This document shows, piece by piece, positions 1 through 11,957 of a DNA stretch of 64,000 bases. This stretch comes from the human T2T-CHM13v2.0 reference genome, Homo sapiens: the NCBI RefSeq assembly GCF_009914755.1, contig NC_060942.1, one strand, 5' to 3'. Every line of letters begins with the position of its first letter. Position 1 is the stretch's first letter. The notes beneath the pieces were generated by a model. That model saw nothing but the letters and a program-made list of their open reading frames with translations. It was not told the origin of the DNA and made no database searches. Both the position numbers and the translations under genes were made by a program.

Positions 1-815
1 TCTATTGGGGGCATATTGGGAAATAAGTATTGTTATCACCTTGAAGGCAGTTGGAGATTGTGGAGAAGGTTTGAAAAGACTAGGAATGCACAAACTGAAT
101 CAGGTGGCATAATTAAATAATATCTGTCTGAGGGAAGTCTACCTTTCTAACAATGAAGTTGGAGTTTGTGCCAATATTATGAAAAATGGGTGAACTCTGG
201 TGGTCAGACAACTCTGGTTGTCTGCTCAAGTGCACACAAATGTCAAATCTCAGAGTTGTGGTACTTCTTTGCTCGTACCCTAAACAAAGGCATTAATGTA
301 ATGCTTAACTGATACTGCTGTACAGTCAACTTGTACTTTATGCTTCTGAAGATTTAAATTTTTGTTCTGATCCTTAGCCACATCTGCCCTGAAGCTATGG
401 AACATAATAAACTCTTTTAAAGTTATATACCCTAAACCTGCTTTTAACTGAAAGTTTATAGACGTAAGTGAACCTCTTTTTTGTCAGCCCTTCTTTACCT
501 TCAGAAGTGGGCAGCATGCCCCTTTTTTCTTGTAATTATCCTTATTTCCACAAGAGTTGAATATAACAACAGCTTGATTTTCCAAACCCTTGACTTTGAC
601 CAGCCCTTCATTTCAAGTATCTATAGATAATTATTTAGGTTAAATTGATGTCATTGCATGACACAGATTACAATTCTCCCATTTTCCAACTTCAAGGTCT
701 TCATGATTGTGTTCTTATGCAAATAGGCGATGAGCTCACTCCTGGAACCACATCATGAGAGGTATTTTTCTTCAACCACTGCTGAGATAAAGTTCTACAC
801 ATAAGAGTAAGTGTC

Positions 816-1114
816 GGCTGGGCGCGGTGGCTCACGCCTGTAATCCCAGCACTTTGGGAGGCTGGGACGGGTGGATCACAAGATCAGGAAATCGAGACCA
901 TCCTGGCTAATACGGTGAAACCTCGTCTCTACTAAAAATACAAAAAATTAGCCGGGCATGGTGGCAGGTGCCTGTAGTCTCAGCTACTTGGGAGGCTGAG
1001 GCAGGAGAATGGCGTGAGCCCGGGAGGCGGAGCTTGCAGTGAGCGGAGATCGCCGCCACTGCACTCCAGCCTGGGCGACAGAGCGAGACTCCGTCTCAAA
1101 AAAAAAAAAAAAAA
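816..1114 (+). mobile_element. AluY SINE, full length
   Basis: GGCTGGGCGCGGTGGCTCAC start, AluY-type ACCATCCTGGCTAA and GGCGTGAGCCCGGGAGGCGGAGCTTGCAG, poly(A) tail, TSD AAGAGTAAG(TG/CA)TC at 803-815 and 1115-1127. Confidence 0.95.
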
Positions 1115-1179
1115 AAGAGTAAGCATCATACCAGCATACATACACCTCTCTGAATACTTGAGATCAAAGTAAATTAATA

Positions 1180-1620
1180 CAGGAAACAGGTAACAGATGA
1201 TAAAAGAGGCTAAGAAGATGATTGGAGATTAGTGAGAAATACATAGATTAGTAACAGCAGGTTGTCACCACTATACATAGCTTGGAAAAAAATAATAACA
1301 CAAAGCAAAGAGGCAATGGCATTGGAACCTAAGAGCCTGGTCAAGGGGTCACCAGGAAGAAGCTGAAAGCAGGAAGCCTATTAGTGGGTGTTTGAGGCAA
1401 GAAAAGTACGTGTCCATTGTTGGACACACCACCCAAGACAAGGGAGAAAGAAAAGTATCTTGGCTTCTTCCTTCCTTCTTTCATCTAATCTCTCTTTGAT
1501 ACCTGTTGTTATCCAAATGCTTACAAAAGACAGTTGACAAAAAAGCAGAACAGCCCTTCTGGCCTACAGAACCCTGTATGGGAAAGATGAGGAACAACTA
1601 TGAGGACAAAATGTTTAGGG
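1180..1620. mobile_element. Possible ancient ERVL-class LTR relic (LTR33/LTR16-like)
   Basis: Weak resemblance only (CTTCTTCCTTCCTTCTTTCATCTAATCTCTC...CAGTTGACAAAAAAGC segment); boundaries approximate. Confidence 0.3.
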
Positions 1621-3914
1621 TTGGCTCAGTGGGACAGGTAGTAGTGGAAGGAAGGCAGGAATGGGAAAAAATAAAGGAGGAATGTACCCAGAGTGATAGT
1701 GGTGTTGGGGGATGGGTGCTGATGAAGGTAATGGGGGCAGTTTGATAGTAGCATAAAGCCATGGTGAATATCATATTTCTCAGATTTGTAATTCACCCCC
1801 TCCTCCACCCAATAAATAGCATCCCCCAAGAAAGTATACCACCACAGAGTTCTCTCTCTTTTTAGACCACTCCTGGAAAAGACACATCTCTGGGCTGACC
1901 AAAGATCATAATCCATCTCTGTGCAACATGGAAGACAAGACACCTCTAAGAAAAAACATGGTACATTTAATTGCTTTTGATAAATCTCTAGTGTTAAAAC
2001 TTCATAGAGAAGGAAGAAGCAGAAGTGAAAATATCCAAATGACGTCCAAAATACTTCAAACTCCCAACCAACTCAGGATGTGGGTGTTTCAGGACAAAGA
2101 TCCACGTTCAGGAAACTTTACTCTTTCAGGAGAAAACTGGCATGTCTGCTGGAATTGTATACGCCAGCTGCCAGTGATTCCTCTGAAGGAAAGAGAGAGA
2201 TAATCCATACATTCTACTTGTAGTATCAGTAGAGTTTGGGAGAGGAGAGGTTGAGGTAAGTGCCTAAGCCAAAATTTTGCAAGTGCTTTAATGCTTTGTT
2301 TTTGAAGTAAATGTAGGTTCTCATTTTTAAGGTGAATAATTTATTAATGACATGTCCTAAATTGTTTCTATATAGTTCATGCCTCATACTCAAAATAACA
2401 TATGAGATGTCATCTGTTACTTCTGAAAAGTATGATTTTAATGAAGGCAAAATAGAAAGACAAAGTTATACATCTTATGATTGAAACTGAAAAAAACTCA
2501 ACAGGTACATGTAAAAAATAATGTCTGAGTAGAATTACACCAAAAAATAACTTTGGAAATCACTGGAGAGTTAGAATATGTGATCATTTTCTCTTCCGAT
2601 AATTCTTTTAATTTTGTGCCTATTTATAATAAGCATATTATAGTGTTACACGTAGGTTTTATTCTTTAAATAAGTGAAATTTAAGTCACTGACTTTCAAT
2701 TATTACTATATTTCCAGATAACATTTCCTCACTGCTGCTCTTTAATAATTTTGTAATAGTTTATCCCTTTTTAATATACTAAATAAGATGTCAAGATGTA
2801 TTATTATAATAATATAGTGTGCTTCTGCTGTCTAACACCTAATATTATTTGTAAATGAACTCCAGGAAAACGTCACTTGAAAGGGAATAATTAAGTCTGG
2901 ATGACTGCAAGTGCATCTTATATTTTTAAAGCTGTTGATCTTATCACACTAACTAAATTTGCCACAGCAACTTATATAAAATAATAATAGATTATGAATA
3001 CTGTTTGCCTCTTTGAATAAAGTTGTGATGTTCTTGCAGCATTAATATGATGCTCTATAATGTGCATTTTTTTATTTTGTATGTTAAGAATCTGCTTCCA
3101 ATATCCTTTATGGCATTAACATCAAAGAATTTTTATTATTTATCATGTTATAACATTATGTTGTCACCCTTCTGTCCCAATGAGTGAAAAACATCACTAA
3201 AATGAATCCTGTAATTTGTGTTCCCAAGGTCTCACAGAAATTGAGTAGCAAATAGGAAGATAAGCTTGATAAATGTCCAATTGCCATCTACTGCTCTCCT
3301 CTCATATCCTCCCAGGGGACTAGATAGCCTAGGAGATTTTCATTAATTTCAAAGTCACTTGCATAAATCTAGCTCACACTAGGATGATGGAAATCTTTAC
3401 TTTCTACTAACATGTATTGGGTTCTGTGGAATGAAGGAATGCTTTGGTTGAGCTCTGAAAGCATAGTTGTCTTTTTCACCAATGCCACAAGTTTCAAGGG
3501 AGAATGTAAAGACTGTGTCAAGAATAAATAATCCTTTTATACCCACAAATAATTTCTATTGGTCAGGGTATAGTCACACTAACAATTAAATGTACAAAAA
3601 ATTTCACTTCCATAACCTGTGCTTTTATCTATAAGGAAACATGGGGGATTGATTTCTGATAATGCTATTCCTGCACATTTCCTGAAAACAAAATGCACTT
3701 AGCAAATGCAAATCCTTGCTAGACAAGGACTGCATCATTGATTCTTATACAGTGGTCACAAATGTAAATATAATCATGTGATGCCTGAATTACTACATTG
3801 TATAATTTTTGTCCTAATACCAACAGACAATATATTATTTTGGGTCTCTGAATGGCTCAACTGACTGGACAACAGATCAGAGACTTAGTCTCCTGAGGTT
3901 AAACTCGAGGTTTA

Positions 3915-3985
3915 GGTGTGCTCCTTTATGACCCTGAATAAATCAATTAATCTTTCTGCTCTAGTTTCACTCATGTGGAGCAGAA
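3915..3985 (+). mobile_element. MIR core fragment
   Basis: ATGACCCTGAATAAATCAATTAATCTTTCTGCTCTAGTTTCACTCATG resembles MIR core TGACCTTGGGCAAGTCACTTAACCTCTCTGAGCCTCAGTTTCCTCATC. Confidence 0.5.
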
Positions 3986-5926
3986 GTTGAAGCAAAATTC
4001 TGACTTAACCCATAATATCTTTGTCAATAGTTATACACCTGCAAGAATACACACACACAGACACACATTTTTGAAAGACTCATTTAAGTAACATTTTATT
4101 TAACTGATTATTCTCCCAGCTATGTAAAAGAAAGTGCTGCAAATGAAATACCTCAAGTACAACATATGCTCATGCACACTACAGCATTAGCAAGGGAGAA
4201 AAATGAGAGCCCTTGTTTCATGAAAAGCAACTATTACTTTTGTCATTTCCTTCAAATTCCATATAGAACTGCATTGATCCAGGAAACTGTTGAGAAGCAT
4301 TAAAAAATCTTATGCTGAGGGGAATCCAAGTTCCATTCTCTCAGGATCTGTCACTTCACATTTGAGTTTGATGGAGTGTGTTTTGCTAAATGCATGCAGC
4401 GATCATTTCAGGTTTTATTGAATGGTCATGCTAAGGTAGGCTGGATCTGCAGATAACATAGATCTTGTCCATATTAGCTTCAAAGTGTCACAGACAAGCC
4501 TACTTGATAGCAAGGTATAAAGGCATCTCCCTTTGAAGATTCAACTGTTTGCTTTCTTATATCCATATACATAATGCATTTGTTTTCCTTTGTCAGCTTT
4601 CAGAATGTATCGTTATTCCCTGCTCTCTGCTTTGGGCCTGCCATAACTGTTAAGAGTGACAGCTTTTGGCAGTTTACATTAGCATCATTAGGAGCCTGAT
4701 GATGTGCTTTCTCACTGGGGCCCTGTCAAGGTTTTATCCCAACTATGTAGTACCAACTTCTGTGATTTGTGTAGATCTGTCATCAGCAGAGAGGTAGCAG
4801 TTTTAAAGACACAAAGAAAGGCCTTTGTACAGAAATAAGATAGTATCAAATTTGCTCTCCACTGTATCATTGTTCAGATTACAAAAGAACACCTGGTGAT
4901 TTTTCAACATAACAATTTTTAATCATTATCAATTTGATATATTATTTCTGAAATTTAGATATAACATGGATTTTATTTTTTTTTTATTCTGTAAAGAAGG
5001 AATAACAGCTAGATTATTTTTTAAGGACACATTTAAATAAATGCAATAAATGAATGTTATTTATAAACTAACAAGAAAACAGGATTGAATCAGAAAGTAT
5101 CTGTATTTTCTATAGTATATTTTAGTTACAACAGTATTATTAAGTTGTCTTTCTGCCAAGGAATATTTAAAAGTAATTACAATTCTGAAATTTAACAGTT
5201 ATCATACTGGTTTTTTTTTCTGTGATAATCTTTTAATTTTTGAAATCTGGGTACATGATAATAAATCTCTAATTAGCACATTCTGGTGAGTAAATGATTG
5301 CTCTAACTTGTTTTGAATACTTTTACTGTTAGTTTTTTTAATGTTTCCTAACCACTTCAAAATCCCATATATATAAAAATTAGAAGAATACATTTAAAAA
5401 TGTTATTTCAGAACGTTACAGAATACTATATTTTTCTCCTGGCCAAGTGCTCTTATTTGCTCATTTTCACCTACTCTACCTAGAATACAGAAATATTTTA
5501 TAAAGTGTTGTGGAAATTAGGTAGATAGATAGATAAATATATTTATATTTATTGTCTCTCTCTACATATATATGTACACACTCATCTATATATACACTTT
5601 TGTTTATGTACTAAAAAAATATAAAAACGGATTTGTAGACTAAAGACAAACCAACCTCCAAGTATGACGGATTCTTTAGGCTTTTTTGTTTTCTCAGTCT
5701 CTTAGGAGGTCGTCTTTTCTTTAGGCAGAATCAAGATCGTACTAGAAAACATAGTTTATGCAACTAAACCTGAACTTAATGTTTTATGTTTTATGAGATA
5801 CCCACTTAATTATGAAAAATGCACGGTAAAATAATTTCATTAGAATGTATTAGTTGCTGCTTTTTCAAAAAAAGAAAGTTTATAAAAATCAAGTATTGGT
5901 AAAAATATCTCAGGGCCTACACTCAA

Positions 5927-5980
5927 TTTTATTATTTGTGTTATGGGGTATTATTTTATTATTTGTGTTATGGGGTATTA
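5927..5980. repeat. Perfect 27-bp tandem duplication
   Basis: TTTTATTATTTGTGTTATGGGGTATTA at 5927-5953 and 5954-5980. Confidence 0.95.
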
Positions 5981-5989
5981 AAGCAATTA

Positions 5990-6340
5990 TCATAGAGTAA
6001 AACTTAAGTCTCCACTATGGCATATAAGATCCTGGATCATCGGATCTAATTTCCCTTAACCCCATGCATTATTCTCCAACTTCCTCCGTCCAGCTGCACT
6101 GGCCACATCTTGGTTGCCCAGACACCAGACATATGCCAGACTCAAGGCTTTTAACTTACACTTTTATCAACCTAGGACACCCTTCTCCCACATATCTGCT
6201 TGCTTCACACCTTCATTTCCTTCAAATCTCTGTATACATATTTTATTTTTATTACACACTACACTTCATCCCTTCTTCTTCATGCTTTCTTTGCCTCTTT
6301 CCCTACTCTATATATTTCATAACACAACATTTTTTGACAT
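5990..6340 (+). mobile_element. L2 (L2a-like) 3' region fragment
   Basis: CCAGCTGCACTGGCCAC...CTCAAGGCTTTT...CCTAGGACACCCTTCTCCCACATATC...TCCTTCAAATCTCTG follows the L2 3' consensus order. Confidence 0.65.
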
Positions 6341-6362
6341 TCTGCAAAGTGCTATGCAAATT

Positions 6363-7287
6363 CAAATGGACTTCCAAGCGTTTGTGGGAGAAAATGAGAT
6401 TAAAAGATAAAAATAAAGGTATATAAAATTTATTTATCAAACTAAGCTCCATTATGCTCCAAACAATTTTGTAAGCAATGATACAAACTACTTAGTCCAC
6501 CTTCTAATGTGACCACGTCAATGCAGACTTTTATATATTATTCCCAGAAGAAAAATTGGTTCCTATTACATTATTTTTAAGATTAGGAAACAAACAGAAG
6601 TCAGAATGTGCCAAATCAGGACTTTAAGGTGGATAACTAATGACATCCCATCTGAACTCTCACACAATTACCCTTGTTTGATGAAAGGAATGAGCAGGAG
6701 CATTGGTGTGGTGGAGAAAGGCTCTGAGAGTTTTCTCAGGCATTTTTCCACTAAAGCTTTGGCTAACTTTCTCAACATGCTCTCAATATTGTTCTTTTGT
6801 CCTCCAGAAGGTTAACCAGCAAAATGCCTCTTGGTAGCCATTGCTTTGATTGCGCTTTGTGTTCAAGATCAAACTGGTAAAGCCCTGCTTCATCTCCAGT
6901 TACAATTCTTCAGAGAAATGCTTCAGAATCTTGATCCCATTTATTTTAATTTTCCATTGAAAGCTCTGCTCTTGTTTGCAGCTAATGTGCATGCAAACTT
7001 TTTGGCACCCATGAGTGCAAAGTTCACTCGCTTTTAATCTTCTAGTCAGAATTGTGTAATCTGAAACAGTTGAGATGTCTATGGCGTTGAGTATTGTTTC
7101 TGCTGTTATTGATCTTCTTCAACTAGAACACCAACAAAATTATTTTTTCCTCAGAAATTGTGGATGGTCTGTGGCTGCAGGCTTCATATTCAACATTTCC
7201 TCATCCCTTCTTAAAATGAATTATCAATTGATAACTTGCTGCTTTATTTGTGTTTCCTATAAACATTTTAGAAATCATTGATGATTT
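6363..7287 (-). mobile_element. HSMAR2 mariner DNA transposon, 3' part, decayed transposase
   Basis: Minus-strand translation gives mariner motifs RIVTGDEAGLY (~6877-6908, from IVTGDETW) and PP*SPDLAHSDF (~6597-6632, from YSPDLAPSDF); degenerate terminal inverted repeat (TIR) near 6363; internal deletion near 6828; cut by LTR at 7288. Confidence 0.88.
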
Positions 7288-7779
7288 TGTTACCCAAACA
7301 CAGGGGGTTCAGACTAGGTCCTGCTGCTCACCGCAGAGAAAGCCAATCACTGAGACAAGTACTGCCAGGGAATGCTTTAACTGGGTGCTGCAGACAAGGA
7401 AATGGGAGATCAATCTCATATCCCTCACTCCGACCAACTAAAATTAGAGGTTTTTATAGCAAGGAAGAAATGGCCCTACATGCAGAAAAGCAGGAATTAG
7501 GGAAGGGTAAAGAAGAGGAGTTGGTCACCAGGAAGCAGGTGGTTGCTTAGGCCGTTATCATGGGTGAGAGATCTGGCATCTAATTGTCCTGATGAGAGGA
7601 TCTGGTGAGTTTCAGCTCTTTGATCTTATCTGGGAGGACTGATAGTAGGCTTCCTGAGAAAGGAACTTAGATAAGACAAATATAACTTTCTTAAATGTTA
7701 AGACTGGGTGGGTCAATTTCAATGTTTATTCAAAAGAAACTATAAATATCAGATCTATGGGACAACTGGGTCAGTTTCT
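7288..7779 (-). mobile_element. ERV1 MER66-like LTR (3' LTR of a minus-strand provirus)
   Basis: Plus strand runs TGTTACCCAAACACAGGGGGTTCAGACTAGGTCCTGCTGCTC...CTATGGGACAACTGGGTCAGTTTC, matching MER66-type LTR ends; adjacent polypurine tract (minus strand AGAAAATGGGGGAC, 7780-7792). Confidence 0.8.
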
Positions 7780-10313
7780 GTCCCCCATTTTCTATTAATC
7801 AATTCTTTAATCTTGGGAAATTTGGTCGTGAATCTCTCTTGCTGTTTCATGCTGAGGAGGGGCATTGTGGGTAGCTGCATACCATGGGTGATGATGTGGC
7901 CACCCAGGAAACAAAAGTTAATTTAATACTATAGTTTTGTACTGAAACACAGTCTTACTCTAGTCCATCACTTCCACCAAAGATAAATCACAACAGGGCC
8001 AACCTATCTGTAAAATAAGCTTCAGTCCCACCATACTTGACCTGATTACCCACACAAAGTACAGCAAGAATCGTTGTCCACATTAGGCTGTCCTAAATTA
8101 GCTTGGCTGGAACCTCTCACAAGGCCATTTAGGCCACAGCCCTGGGAAAATGACCACTTTGTCCAACTGTGTCCCCTAATAAATGAAGACAGATTCTTTT
8201 TGAACTTATGCAAACAACCACATTGCCATGAATTAAGAATATTCATAAATAATTTACAAATTCTGGAAAATTTAGGCAGAGGGAGAAGAATATTTCTTAA
8301 ATTCTTTCTACAAGAATATTCACTACTCAATTGGTAAGGCCAGATATAACTCAAAAAAAAATAAAAAAAGTTATCCAGACTCTGAAAAAAAAATAAGAAA
8401 ACAGCAATGTGTCAAACAAAAAAAAAGCCATGAATATATTTCTGTCCTCCATTAGCATAGTTCATGCAATCAACTCCTGCTCTACTTCATATTGGGTTAG
8501 CAATCTTTATGAACATGTCAGCCTTTCCATTAGAGTCCTGGAAGTTTTCTGTGTAGTCCTATGGCATAATCTTCAAGGTTTTCAGAAATCTGCGTTTGAG
8601 AGTACATTTCATGAACTCCCCTGAAGAAGCAAGCCCTGGACTGTAGCTGATTATAGGCTACTTTTTGAGAAGAATGAAAGCAAAACAATTGTGGATCACA
8701 AAAATCTTAGGACAGCCATAGGGAAAGACATAGTTGACAAGAAAATGTGGTTGTTTATGTGACATAAAATAATTTAACATCATAATCATTACTGATAACA
8801 TATACTAAGACATATCACAATTTCAAGAATCTCAAAGTTAAAGCTAATTTTAATAAAACCTTATGAACAAATCTAATTTTTTAAGATTTCCATAAACCTT
8901 TTATATCCTTTAATAATTTTTTATTATTTTACTAATTTTATCCCTTAAAATTGGCTCTTAAAATCTCACATGTCTGCCTCTTCTGTGGAGGTCCCTGGGC
9001 CTATAGGGATTGAATAATTTAAATTCCGGCCCTGTGTTTTTCAAAAACAATTCATTTTGATTGTCATCTTCTCCCTGGTCTGAAGATGAGGCATTGACAA
9101 GTGTCAATGCTCAAGATTTAGCAGAAGCTAGTGCCTTTTTTAGCCCCAGGAGTCAAAGCCCTCTAACTTAATAGCATAAGGATTAGCTGATAGGAAATTT
9201 GTACTGCAGAAAGTCCTATCATTTCTCTCTAACATGTCACAAGTTAAAACATTGTGATTTGGTGTCCAGAAGTTACTGCCTGCAGCACTTCACACGACTG
9301 TATTGAAGGAATTAGGTTACTCACTGCATATTTCTAGTTGCTAGCATTCTAGTGATAGAAATATGACCAAATTATCACAGATGTAATAGCTCTCATGCCA
9401 AACTTATCAAAGTAAGACAATTAACTTTTCTCTCCATCATTTACAAAAATGATAAACGTAAATATCAGTTTTGGAAATCTAATATGAGAATAAAAAGTAT
9501 CATTTTATACTATAAACAAAGAGCAAAGTAAGAACAAACACATTTTTTTTCAGCTATTTAAAAGAGCATCATCACACATTTCCAAGATTGGTTGCTAGAC
9601 ACAGTATTAACAACGGATTAGGTAAATTTCAGCACTAAAATCCTCAAAACTATTCAAAGTTTTACATATTTTGTTTTCCAGTACTTGCATGAAGGCCCAT
9701 CAGTAATAAATGGCTTGGGATCAAAAATCACCAGACAGTCTCAGTTTTTAAAAAACTTGCTATGTAATCCAAGTGAATGTCAATTAATTTTAATAATAGT
9801 GGATACAACTAAAGTAATTTTAGAGAATTACCAACAAATATAATTTCTTAAGGACAAAGCCAATCTTTTCTGAACATTAAAATGTTGTGTTCATACCAGT
9901 TTTTCTTCATTACCTAAAGGAAAAGATCTAAAACCACTTCAAAGTATTCATAGAATTGAATATCCTTTGAAACAAGCATGATTTAAACATTTCTATTCTC
10001 ATCTACTTTTCCAAATAACAAGATAAAAACATATTATTTATATTCATAACTGATTAAAATAAGTATTTTATTTATTTTTTCTAGGAATCTTAAATCTCTT
10101 AAAGCTCTCTGGATTATCAGACATAAGCAAAACCAATCCAATTATAAATGGCTGGTGTGCTCTATCAATTATTGGGTGCTTCACAAAGATAGCTTATGAA
10201 CTTTAGATAAAGAGAGGAAATCATAAATTGCTGGAAATGCATAGAAAACAATATAACTATTCCTAGAAACAAACAAAAGCTTTCCATTAGTAACGTAAAA
10301 GCATCAATGGTTT

Positions 10314-10425
10314 TATATGTGTGTGTGTGTTTATATATATATATATAAACACACACATATATGTACGTATATATATACACACATATGTGCATATATATAT
10401 ATGCACATATGTGTGTATATATATG
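10314..10425. repeat. Compound (TG)n/(TA)n/(CA)n microsatellite
   Basis: Direct reading. Confidence 0.9.
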
Positions 10426-10892
10426 CCAAACCCAAAGGAGAACAAAGAGTAAATGAATGAAAATTAAGAGCAAAATTAAATAAACAAAAAGCCAAACTCC
10501 AAATTTCCTCCTACTCAGTTAACTTTGGAGGCTACAGTGTTACGCAGAGCCTTAAATAAATTAAATAAATAAAAACACACAAGATAAATATTTTGTTCCT
10601 GATATACAAATTAATGTTTTTAAATCTACCAATACCAATACTAGTATACATTTTGTGCAATTAAACAATTAACTTCAGGTACATGAGCAGTAAGGAGGTT
10701 AGTGCTAGTACTAACTATGCAGAATGGCAAATATTGTGTGAAGCAATGCAAATATTTATGTGATATTTGCCTTCATGCTAAATCTGGCTTTATGCTGAAC
10801 TATATTAAAAAAGAATTGCCAAACTGCTAACAAATTTCTTTACAATATTTCTTAATTTAACTTCACCAAGGCTAAGAGCTTTAACTATGAGC

Positions 10893-11957
10893 AATGCTAA
10901 TTAGCCAAATTTTTTCAATTTTCTCTCAAGTTTTAAATAATATTTTACATGTAAGTTTTTTCCACTTTTTTTTTCTCTGTATGTGCATGAGGATAGGCAC
11001 ACAGAAAAACGAAAACTACATGTGATGTACACGGACCACCTATGACATGCCTGGACTTTGTTTTGTCCTTAATTTTCTTTGTTTTTTTAATAACTAGTCA
11101 TTTTACTTTAGGACAAAAATTTACCATACAAATCTTCTCTCATACAAAAATATTACCTTTTCTTTATAACTCTCCTTACCAGATTACAGTCTCATATCCA
11201 TGACTTTCTCCAGCTCTCTCTCCCCTACTAACTGATTCCTTTCTCTCTTGTTTCATAAATAACATTTTCAAGTCCAAAATTTGAATTAATCATTAAATAA
11301 CTCCTTAATTAAACAAAACTGTTTCTTAATAAGAATATATCTTCTTTGGCATATTTTATATACAAAATTACATATTAACTAGAATTCTTATTCTTAGTAA
11401 TGTTAATTAGCCAAATTTCTCCAATTTTCTATCAGGTTTTAAAGAATATTTTACTATCTAAATTTTTTCTGCTTTTTATTTTCTCTGTATGTACATGAAG
11501 ATAGACAGAGAAACAGATCTGCATGGGATGTACACAGACCTCCTATGATATACTTGGACTTTGTTTTGCCCTAAATTATTTTCTTCTTCTTCTTCTTCCT
11601 CCTTCTCCCCCCATCCTCCTCCTCCTCCTTCTTCTTCTTCAAATAACCAATCATTTTACTTTAAGACAAAAATTCACTATACAAGTCCTTTCTCATGCAA
11701 AATTGTTCTTTTTTCTTTAAAATCTTCCTTACCCATACATCTTCATATCCATCACTTTCTTCAGATCTCTCTTATATACTTACTGATTCCTTTCAGTCTT
11801 GTTTCATAAATAATGTTTTCAGGTCCATAATTAGAATTAATCTTTAAATAACTTCTGAATTAGACAAAACTATTTATTTTCCTGGTAAGAATACATCTTT
11901 TTTGACATATTTTATATACAGAATTATACATTAACCAGAATTCTTATTCTTAGTAAT
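10893..11957. repeat. Diverged ~0.5 kb tandem duplication within the ERV internal region
   Basis: Copy 1 10893-11398 and copy 2 11399-11957 both start AATG(C/T)TAATTAGCCAAAT, end AGAATTCTTATTCTTAGT, and are colinear throughout. Confidence 0.92.
11579..11640. repeat. (TTC)n/(CCT)n trinucleotide repeat
   Basis: Direct reading; present only in copy 2 of the duplication. Confidence 0.9.

Noticed and set aside
1-800. Possible ancient repeat or coding relic at the window start
   Set aside because: No family or reading frame could be recognised with confidence
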